A DNA stretch of 34,731 bases. It comes from Sphingomicrobium sp. GTDB lineage: Bacteria; Pseudomonadota; Alphaproteobacteria; Sphingomonadales; Sphingomonadaceae. A program made the position numbers and the translations under genes. The notes under the pieces were generated by a model. It was not told where the DNA came from. It did not search any database and worked only from the letters and a program-made list of their open reading frames with translations. The stretch covers positions 1 through 34,731 of the forward strand of contig DASTOV010000163.1 of assembly GCA_035720125.1 (NCBI GenBank), written 5' to 3'. This document shows positions 1 through 6,925 of this stretch, piece after piece (the stretch's first letter is position 1; each line of letters opens with the position of its first letter).

Positions 1-520
1 GTCGCTGACCCGGCTGAACCGCACGACTGATGGCGATTGAAAGCTTTGGTTCTTTCCGATTGCGGAAGAGCGTGGACGCCATGTCACCTTGCGAGTTGCT
101 TTCGACCTGCTCCCATTGGCTCTTAAACTCGGCCGACGAAAGGACAGCTTCCACGACCGGTTGGAGGTCAGTGTCGCCGCCGCCGGTGATGTGACACATC
201 GGCATCCGGTCGGACACGACTAGTATGTAGCCCGCGCCTTGCGTGGAGTTGATGCGCCAATAGTGGTTTGCTCTCCGCAATTCCTTGGGCGGGAGGTTTA
301 CTTCTTCGACCCTATCAACAAGGCCCATTCGGTCGCCTAGCCCAACTGCTTTGACGAATGGCTCGATACCATCAGCCCAACTGGCAGGATTTAGCACCCA
401 TTCCTGACAACCACGGAGGGCGCCAGCAAATCCCGCCTCCAAGTTGGATTGTGCTTGGGCTGGTGCGGCGTACGAGGCAGACGCGGCGGACGCTACGACG
501 AAGGCTAGAAGGTTACGCAT
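1..520 (-). CDS. Secreted hypothetical protein, partial (runs off window start)
   Basis: Manual translation from ATG at 520: MRNLLAFVVASAASASYAAPAQAQSNLEAGFAGALRGCQEW... stays open to base 1. Signal-peptide-like N-terminus (AQA-Q). Absent from the ORF track because no stop lies in the window. Confidence 0.75.
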   Translation of the reverse strand, partial: MRNLLAFVVASAASASYAAPAQAQSNLEAGFAGALRGCQEWVLNPASWADGIEPFVKAVGLGDRMGLVDRVEEVNLPPKELRRANHYWRINSTQGAGYILVVSDRMPMCHITGGGDTDLQPVVEAVLSSAEFKSQWEQVESNSQGDMASTLFRNRKEPKLSIAISRAVQPGQR

Positions 521-542
521 ATGGGGCGACCATAGCGGAGTC

Positions 543-570
543 ATGACCGCTTTCCACTCATTCCTGCCAT
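543..570 (+). repeat. 28-bp site R1 (ATGACCGCTTT CCACTC ATTCCTGCCAT), degenerate right arm
   Basis: Left arm identical to R2 and R3; spacer one mismatch from CCACCC. Confidence 0.75.
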
Positions 571-579
571 AAACGGCTA

Positions 580-607
580 ATGACCGCTTTCGACCCATTG
601 CGGTCAT
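580..607 (+). repeat. 28-bp site R2 (ATGACCGCTTT CGACCC ATTGCGGTCAT)
   Basis: Imperfect inverted 11-bp arms around an asymmetric 6-bp core; best-formed copy. Confidence 0.9.
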
Positions 608-633
608 TGGAGTGACCGGCCACAACAGCCCCC

Positions 634-903
634 ATGACCGGTATTAGTGCTAACGTTCTAGCCCGACTGCCGTTGACGGAAATCGGCAACGTGACGTTCT
701 ACAAGCGCGATGAAATCACGACCGACCTAATCTGTTGTGATGTGGCGGTGGGCGATGACGTCTGGACATTTAATGAGGAACAGGTCGGCTGGGATTTGCT
801 CATAGGTCATTTGGAAGCACTCCCCGGCTTCCGTTGCGACTGGTTCGCGGCCGTATCGCAACCGCCATTTGAAACCAGTCAAACCGTGGCCTTCAGCCGA
901 TAA
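634..903 (+). CDS. Small hypothetical protein (89 aa) between sites R2 and R3
   Basis: ORF fills the R2-R3 interval; stop ends 5 bp before R3; globular-looking sequence (VTFYKRDEITTDLICC...WFAAVSQPPF). Confidence 0.75.
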   Translation: MTGISANVLARLPLTEIGNVTFYKRDEITTDLICCDVAVGDDVWTFNEEQVGWDLLIGHLEALPGFRCDWFAAVSQPPFETSQTVAFSR

Positions 904-908
904 TTATA

Positions 909-936
909 ATGACCGCTTTCCACCCATATCGGCCAT
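909..936 (+). repeat. 28-bp site R3 (ATGACCGCTTT CCACCC ATATCGGCCAT)
   Basis: Aligns ungapped to R2, same orientation. Confidence 0.9.
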
Positions 937-1163
937 TAGCCGAAACCAGAAAATCCTGTCCTACAGCCATGCCGATATGCGAGAGAAAAGCGGCTCTTTC
1001 TCATTGTCGGAAACTGAATTCGCCTAACGTCACACCGGAGGCACGAAAAGGCGCCTCACCTTGAGACTTTAGTGACGTTAGCGAAGCGTTCGCGATCGTC
1101 GGCGGGCGCGTGGCGGCGATCGGACTTGGCATCATTGCACAGGAACAGGGGCGACCGGCCTTT

Positions 1164-1191
1164 ACGTGCGCTTTCCACCCATGGCGGTCGT
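1164..1191 (+). repeat. 28-bp site R4 (ACGTGCGCTTT CCACCC ATGGCGGTCGT)
   Basis: Aligns ungapped to R2 and R3, same orientation. Confidence 0.85.
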
Positions 1192-1247
1192 TAGGCGAAG
1201 CGGGCACTCCAGGCTGACCAAATTGAGCCGCCTATTTCCGGTGACTG

Positions 1248-1625
1248 CTACAACGTCTGCAAATAGGCGATGAGGTTCTGGCGATCAGTCCGCGAGCGCA
1301 CGGAGATCGTCATTCTGGCAGTATGCACCTTGTTTGTGGGCTTCTGGAGCCAGCTGTCGAGGCTCTCGGAGTTCCATGTGATGTTCGCCGCCTTCAGTCC
1401 CGGCGAATAGTTGAAGCCCGGAGCAGTCCCGCTCTTGCGACCAATGATCCGCACCAGCGAAGGCCCGATGCGGTTCTCTCCACGGGACGTCGAGTGGCAG
1501 GCTGCACAGTTCGCTTCAAAATAGCGGCGACCCTCTGCGGAGCCGGCAGCCAATTGTTGCGATGGGACAAGCGTCAGCAATAGGAACAAAGCCGGCCATA
1601 AAGCCTCAAGCGGGATTCGGGTCAT
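1248..1625 (-). CDS. Class I c-type cytochrome (cytochrome c2-like)
   Basis: Signal peptide, CAACH heme motif, GPSL..IIGRKSG and FNYS..LK..ITW motifs, candidate axial Met in TARM. ATG at 1625 chosen over GTG at 1631. Confidence 0.85.
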   Translation of the reverse strand: MTRIPLEALWPALFLLLTLVPSQQLAAGSAEGRRYFEANCAACHSTSRGENRIGPSLVRIIGRKSGTAPGFNYSPGLKAANITWNSESLDSWLQKPTNKVHTARMTISVRSRTDRQNLIAYLQTL

Positions 1626-1795
1626 GTCCACCCCCCTGCGATTTCGAGGGACGCTGCACCTGGATTTGGCTCTTCACCGAATTTCTCACGAGTAACCTTG
1701 AATGACTAGCTGGATTCTGTTTGCAGCATTTCTGCGGCGATAGCGCCATCTGGATTTGAAATGCATCGTTCGTACACAACCGCAACTATGGGCCA

Positions 1796-1823
1796 ACGAC
1801 CGCTTTCGACCCATAGCGGACAT
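1796..1823 (+). repeat. 28-bp site R5 (ACGACCGCTTT CGACCC ATAGCGGACAT)
   Basis: Aligns ungapped to R2, same orientation. Confidence 0.9.
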
Positions 1824-1838
1824 CAGCCGGGACAAGTT

Positions 1839-1949
1839 TCAATCGACGCAGATTGCTTCCAGCCGGGCGCGAACACGCCGGTATGAAGGGGAAAAGGCGA
1901 AGAGCAGCCGGTGACGAACGCGCGCCATGATCGAGAAGGCGGTGGACAT
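1839..1949 (-). CDS. Putative 36-aa basic small protein
   Basis: MSTAFSIMARVRHRLLFAFSPSYRRVRARLEAICVD*, with AGGAG 6 nt upstream of ATG; stop lies 15 bp from R5. Confidence 0.5.
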   Translation of the reverse strand: MSTAFSIMARVRHRLLFAFSPSYRRVRARLEAICVD

Positions 1950-2075
1950 GAATTTCTCCTGTCCAGTGAGCAATCCCCGAAGCTTCACTGAATCAAAGCT
2001 CGTTACGGATGTCAATCGATTGCCGGCATGGACCCAAACTTTGCATCGGCATTGTTGCAAATGGGGCTCGCGAGC

Positions 2076-2103
2076 AGGGCAGCTTTCCCCATCTGGCGGC
2101 CGC
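2076..2103 (+). repeat. Possible degenerate terminal copy of the 28-bp site
   Basis: AGGGCAGCTTT CCCCAT CTGGCGGCCGC: 8/11 to the consensus left arm and 8/11 to the R4 right arm; weak core. Confidence 0.35.
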
Positions 2104-2182
2104 GGCCCCTCCCCCAATCGTTGCCCCCTCGCCCCGCCCTTGCTAGGCGCGCGGCAATTCAACCCAATTTCGAAAGCACCGC

Positions 2183-3505
2183 ATGGTCCCCCGCTATTCC
2201 CGTCCCGCGATGACCGCAATCTGGTCCGCAGAGAACCGCTACCGGATCTGGTGGGCAATCGAGGTATTCGCGGCCGAGGCGATGGGCGAGATCGGGATGA
2301 TCCCCGCTGCAGACGCCGCGACCATCCGCAAGGCCTATGACGCCGACGTGCTGGGCGAGATCGACGTACCGGCGATCGACGCGATCGAGGCGGTGACCAA
2401 GCATGACGTGATCGCCTTCCTGACCTGGGCTGGCGAGAAGCTGGGGCCGGAGCGGCGCTGGCTGCACCAGGGCATGACGTCGAGCGACGTGCTCGACACC
2501 AGCCTGGCGGTACAGCTGAAGCAATCCGCCGACTTGCTGCTGGAGGACCTGGACCAGTTGCTGGTCGTGCTGAAGCGACGGGCATATGAGCACAAGCTTA
2601 CCCCGACCATCGGCCGCAGCCACGGCATCCATGCCGAGCCGGTGACGTTCGGGCTGAAGCTCGCCCAGGCCCATGCCGAGTTCGATCGCAACCGCGCCCG
2701 CCTTAGGCAAGCGCGCGACGACATCGCCACCTGCGCCATTTCCGGAGCGGTCGGGACGTTCGCCAATATCGATCCGGCGGTCGAGGAGCATGTTGCCAAG
2801 GAGCTCGGCCTTTCGCCGGAGCCGGCCTCGACCCAGGTCATCCCGCGCGACCGGCACGCGATGTTCTTCGCGACCCTGGGTGTCATCGCCTCGTCGATCG
2901 AGCGGCTGGCGGTCGAAATCCGTCACCTGCAGCGGACCGAGGTGCTGGAGGCCGAGGAATATTTCTCGCCCGGCCAGAAGGGCAGCTCGGCGATGCCGCA
3001 CAAGCGCAACCCGGTGCTGACCGAAAATTTGACCGGCCTTGCCCGCGTGGTCCGTTCGGCGGTGGTGCCGGCGATGGAGAATGTCGCGCTATGGCATGAA
3101 CGCGACATCAGCCACTCCTCGGTCGAGCGATTCATCGGCCCTGATGCTTGCATCACGCTCGACTTCGCCCTCGCCCGCCTGACCGGCGTCGTCGACAAGC
3201 TGCTGATCTATCCGGATCGGATGCGGACGAATCTCGACCGCATGGGCGGCCTCGTCCACTCGCAGCGGGTATTACTGGCGCTGACCCAGTCGGGCCTCAG
3301 CCGCGAAGACAGCTATGCGCTGGTCCAGCGCAACGCGATGAAAGTATGGGAATCCGATGGCCAGCTGTCACTTCTGGATCTGCTCAAGTCCGATTCCGAA
3401 GTGACCGCCAGGCTTTCGGATGCGCAGCTCGAGGAGCTGTTCGACCTTGGCTATCATCTGAAGCGCGTCGACGCGATCTTCGAGCGGGTGTTCGGCGCCG
3501 CTTGA
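2183..3505 (+). CDS. purB: Adenylosuccinate lyase
   Basis: TKHDVIAF, HQGMTSSD, GRSHGIHAEP, signature GSSAMPHKRNP, WHERDISHSSVER. Confidence 0.98.
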   Translation: MVPRYSRPAMTAIWSAENRYRIWWAIEVFAAEAMGEIGMIPAADAATIRKAYDADVLGEIDVPAIDAIEAVTKHDVIAFLTWAGEKLGPERRWLHQGMTSSDVLDTSLAVQLKQSADLLLEDLDQLLVVLKRRAYEHKLTPTIGRSHGIHAEPVTFGLKLAQAHAEFDRNRARLRQARDDIATCAISGAVGTFANIDPAVEEHVAKELGLSPEPASTQVIPRDRHAMFFATLGVIASSIERLAVEIRHLQRTEVLEAEEYFSPGQKGSSAMPHKRNPVLTENLTGLARVVRSAVVPAMENVALWHERDISHSSVERFIGPDACITLDFALARLTGVVDKLLIYPDRMRTNLDRMGGLVHSQRVLLALTQSGLSREDSYALVQRNAMKVWESDGQLSLLDLLKSDSEVTARLSDAQLEELFDLGYHLKRVDAIFERVFGAA

Positions 3506-3518
3506 AAGGAGGCTCGGA

Positions 3519-3968
3519 ATGACGATGCGGCTGAACTACGGAGTTGTCGCGCCCGAGGCCATCAAGGCGATGATGGGCATGGAACAGGCAGTGAAGGACA
3601 TGGGCCTTGAGCCCAGGCTATTCCACCTGGTCAAGCTGCGCGCCTCCCAGATCAACGGCTGCGCCTATTGCATCAACATGCATAATGGCGAGGCGAGGGC
3701 CGATGGAGAAACGCAACAGCGGCTCGACCTGCTGTCCGTATGGCGCGAAACAAATTTTTTCGATGAGCGGGAAAAAGCGGCACTCGCCTGGACCGAAGCG
3801 CTGACACTCATCGCCGACACCAATGCTCCCGACGCCGAATATGAGGCACTGGCGGCCGTGTTCGACGAAAAGGAACGCGTCGCGTTGACGCTTGCGATTG
3901 CAGCAATCAACGGCTGGAACCGCTTCGCCATCGGCTTCCGCACACCAGTTCCCAGGATCAAGGCATGA
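3519..3968 (+). CDS. Carboxymuconolactone decarboxylase / AhpD-like protein
   Basis: LVKLRASQINGCAYCINMH motif; INGWNRF. Confidence 0.92.
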   Translation: MTMRLNYGVVAPEAIKAMMGMEQAVKDMGLEPRLFHLVKLRASQINGCAYCINMHNGEARADGETQQRLDLLSVWRETNFFDEREKAALAWTEALTLIADTNAPDAEYEALAAVFDEKERVALTLAIAAINGWNRFAIGFRTPVPRIKA

Positions 3969-3994
3969 TCCGTTCCTGTCGGCTCGTGGCGTAA

Positions 3995-4795
3995 GTGCCC
4001 GCCATCCAACCCTGTGCCCTGTTGTTGCTTGTCGGTCCCGATTGGCAGGTCGAAGCGGTCAGCGCCAACGTTGCCATGCTTGGCGACCATCGCTCCGCCG
4101 ATCTGGTCGGCCAGCCGCTTGCCGACTTGATTGGCACCAAGGCGATCCATGCGCTTCGCAACCGTCTGGCATGGCTTTCCGGCGATGAAAGCGAGGTTCG
4201 CGATTTCGGTGTGCAATGGGGCGATGTCACCTTGGATCTCCGCGCCATTTGCGAGCACGGCACCTATCTGATCGAGGCCGAGCTGGCGGTCGAGCCGCGG
4301 CTCCCCGACGGCATCGGCATGGTGCGCTCGATGAGCGATCGCCTTTCGGGCAGCGGGCCGGCCGAGCTTGCGGCACAGGCCATGCGGCAGCTGACTGCCC
4401 TGACGGGCTTCGAAAGCGTGATGCTGTGCAATGCTCGGGGAATGGTGATCGCCGCCAACGAGCAAGCCGATTCCAGCGCGCCGATGGATTGCAGCATCAC
4501 GAGATTGATTGCGGACCGGGATGCCGAGCCGGTGCCGATCATCGGCTCGGACGGTCACGGCCTTCTGTCGCGAGCGGCCTTTCTCGCGCCAACGGAAGAA
4601 CAGGTTGCACAACTGGCATCGTCCGGCATTGCCGCGACCATGTCACTGCCGCTCAGGATCGACGGCGATCGCGTCGGCACGCTTCATGCCTGCCACACCT
4701 CTCCCCGGCGCATCGGCGCCGAGCGGCGATCGGTGACTCACCTGTTTTCGGAGCGGCTCGTCGCGCGGATGGCGCGGCTAGGCTGGAAGCCCTAG
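3995..4795 (+). CDS. Phytochrome-like PAS-GAF protein, degenerate, no PHY or output domain
   Basis: IQP at N-terminus, VSANV, LTGFE.VM, RLIAD...EPVPI, MSL.L..DG..VG.L...H.SPR resemble the bacteriophytochrome PAS-GAF module. Start codon uncertain. Confidence 0.7.
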   Translation: MPAIQPCALLLLVGPDWQVEAVSANVAMLGDHRSADLVGQPLADLIGTKAIHALRNRLAWLSGDESEVRDFGVQWGDVTLDLRAICEHGTYLIEAELAVEPRLPDGIGMVRSMSDRLSGSGPAELAAQAMRQLTALTGFESVMLCNARGMVIAANEQADSSAPMDCSITRLIADRDAEPVPIIGSDGHGLLSRAAFLAPTEEQVAQLASSGIAATMSLPLRIDGDRVGTLHACHTSPRRIGAERRSVTHLFSERLVARMARLGWKP

Positions 4796-5685
4796 TTGCC
4801 AGGCAGGCTGTTATAGACGGCTTCGGCGAAGGCATCGGCCGAAATGAAGGCACCTGGTACTTCGTACGGCTTTGCAGGGTTGGCCGCCTTGACCGCCTCC
4901 AACGAACTTCCCGCCGCCATTGCCGCGCTGATTTTGTCGCGCACATCGACCAGCATCGCCAGATAGGCTTCGAGCTCGGCGCGCGTCGCGACCGGCCCGT
5001 GGCCCGGAATGATCTTCGTATCGGGGTTGGCCAATTGCAGCGCGGAGCGGACGGCGGCAATGGCCCCGTCAATCGACCCCCCTGAATCAAGATCGATGAA
5101 AGGCAGCGTCACCTTGTGAAAAAAGGTATCGCCCATGTGCAGCACATTTGCCTTGGTCCAATAGACCAGCGTGTCCCCGTCGGTATGCGCTCTGCTGACA
5201 TGCACCAGCCGAATCTCATCGCCGTTGAGATGAAGCGTCACGCCATGCCCAAAGGTGACCACCGGAAGCGCCGCCTTCGGCGATGCCGGCGTCGTGCCGA
5301 ACAACTTGCTGAATTGCTCGATCGACATTCGCCGCCGGACATTGTCGTGCGCGACGATCACGGCGCCTGCCTTGCCGAGATTTTCGTTCCCGCCGCTATG
5401 ATCACCGTGCCAGTGAGTGTTGATGACGAATTTGACGGGATCGGGATCGACGCTCTTCACCGCGGCAACAATCCTATCGGTGAGTGGGGCGTACTGATCG
5501 TCGACCAGCACATTGCCGTCCTCGCCGTAACTGAGCCCGATATTGCCGCCGGCGCCGAACAGCACTGCGACGCCAGGCGCCAGCTGCTCGAGCTTGATCT
5601 CCACCTTGGAAAAGTCGCGCTGCTGGGCGGCGGCCGGTGCAATGGATAGCATCGCGGCTGCAATGACCGATGCCGTCGATTTCAT
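4792..5685 (-). CDS. Secreted MBL-fold metallo-hydrolase (cyclase-like)
   Basis: THWHGDH, AHTDGD, HMGD, IIPGHG motifs; signal peptide from ATG 5685 with AAGGGGAG RBS. Confidence 0.9.
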   Translation of the reverse strand: MKSTASVIAAAMLSIAPAAAQQRDFSKVEIKLEQLAPGVAVLFGAGGNIGLSYGEDGNVLVDDQYAPLTDRIVAAVKSVDPDPVKFVINTHWHGDHSGGNENLGKAGAVIVAHDNVRRRMSIEQFSKLFGTTPASPKAALPVVTFGHGVTLHLNGDEIRLVHVSRAHTDGDTLVYWTKANVLHMGDTFFHKVTLPFIDLDSGGSIDGAIAAVRSALQLANPDTKIIPGHGPVATRAELEAYLAMLVDVRDKISAAMAAGSSLEAVKAANPAKPYEVPGAFISADAFAEAVYNSLPGN

Positions 5686-5739
5686 TGCGCTCCCCTTCAA
5701 TTGCTGCTGGCCAGTCCTAAGGCGCAAGATCGCCCGAGG

Positions 5740-6864
5740 CTAGCCTCCCAACGCGTCCTTGATGCGTCGGAAAAAGCTTTTCGCGTTCGGACATTCGTCG
5801 CCGGTCTCGGTATCCCGGAACTGTTCGAGAATCGCGCGCTGCTCCTTGCTGAGCTTGGTCGGCGTTTCGACCAGGATTCGCGCCATCAGGTCACCGCGAC
5901 CGCGTCCGTTCAGCACGCTCATGCCGGCACCGCGATGGCGGATCGTCTCGCCTGACTGGATCCCCGCCGGGATCTTCAGCTCGATTTTCTCGCCATCGAT
6001 GCCGGGAATGGTGATGCAGCCACCGAGCGCCGCCGTGGTAAAGGTGATCGGGGCCTCGGCGACCAACGTCGTTCCATCGCGCCCGAAGATGGGGTGGCGC
6101 TTCATGTGAACGAACAGGTAGAGATCGCCGGCGGCAGCGCCGCGCATGCCCGCCTCGCCCTCGCCGGCGACGCGGATCCTTGTGCCCTCGTCGACGCCTG
6201 CGGGAATGGAGACGTTCAGCCTGCGGGTCTTGAGCGCTCGCCCTTCACCCTCGCAGGCCTGGCAGGGGTCGCCGATGGATTCGCCGGAGCCCATGCACCC
6301 GGGGCAGGTCCGCTCGACCACGAAGAAGCCCTGCTGGGCCCTGACTTTCCCTGCACCGCCGCAGGTCGGGCAGGTTCGCGCCGCCGCCTGACCCCTGGAC
6401 CCGGAGGCGTTGCATGCCTCGCACGCCGCCAGCGCCTGGATGCTGATTGTCTTTTCGACGCCTGAATAGGCTTCCTCAAGCGAAAGCTCGAGGTCGTAGC
6501 GCAGGTCGGAACCGCGAGCGGCGCTGGCCCGCTGCGCACGCGGATCCATGAACTCGCCGAAGATCGACGAGAAGATGTCGGAAAAGCCCTCGAAGCCCCC
6601 GCCGGCACCGCCGCCGAAGGGGCCCTGCCCGTTCATCCCGTTCTGGAATGCGGCATGGCCAAAGCGGTCGTAGGCAGCACGCTTCTGAGGGTCCTTCAGG
6701 ACATCATAGGCCTCGTTCAACGCCTTGAACTTCGCCTCATGCTCCTTGCAGCCACCTTTGGTATCGGGGTGGCAATCCTTGGCCAGCCGGCGATAGGCAG
6801 CCTTGATCGCTGCATCGTCGGCGCCCCGGGGAACGCCGAGCAATTCATAATAATCCGTGGCCAT
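5740..6864 (-). CDS. dnaJ: Chaperone DnaJ
   Basis: J domain with HPD, G/F-rich region, four CxxCxxxG zinc-finger repeats; directly downstream of dnaK. Confidence 0.98.
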   Translation of the reverse strand: MATDYYELLGVPRGADDAAIKAAYRRLAKDCHPDTKGGCKEHEAKFKALNEAYDVLKDPQKRAAYDRFGHAAFQNGMNGQGPFGGGAGGGFEGFSDIFSSIFGEFMDPRAQRASAARGSDLRYDLELSLEEAYSGVEKTISIQALAACEACNASGSRGQAAARTCPTCGGAGKVRAQQGFFVVERTCPGCMGSGESIGDPCQACEGEGRALKTRRLNVSIPAGVDEGTRIRVAGEGEAGMRGAAAGDLYLFVHMKRHPIFGRDGTTLVAEAPITFTTAALGGCITIPGIDGEKIELKIPAGIQSGETIRHRGAGMSVLNGRGRGDLMARILVETPTKLSKEQRAILEQFRDTETGDECPNAKSFFRRIKDALGG

Positions 6865-6925
6865 CAAACCCCACCCATGCCGAGCGGCGCCAGCAACACA
6901 TCAGCCGGCGCCGCCCACATGTCCT

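Noticed and set aside
358-546. 62-aa plus-strand ORF
   Set aside because: Antisense to the better-supported secreted-protein ORF at 1-520.
1001-1207. 68-aa minus-strand ORF
   Set aside because: Crosses site R4, has no recognisable motif or RBS, and is probably spurious.
543-1823. CRISPR array interpretation of the 28-bp repeats
   Set aside because: Spacing is highly irregular (9 to 604 bp), intervals contain whole genes, the repeats are degenerate and no cas genes are present.
543-1823. Classical integron attC sites or canonical dif/pdif sites
   Set aside because: Too short for attC and lacking RYYYAAC/GTTRRRY ends; no TTATGTTAAAT-like XerD arm; no intI in the window.
543-1823. Rho-independent terminators as the explanation for the sites
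   Set aside because: No U-tract, a long conserved asymmetric centre, fixed orientation regardless of gene direction, and several copies pair poorly within themselves.
4792-5685. Metallo-beta-lactamase resistance gene
   Set aside because: HxHxDH with cyclase/glyoxalase-II-like context is generic to the MBL fold; no basis for a resistance call.
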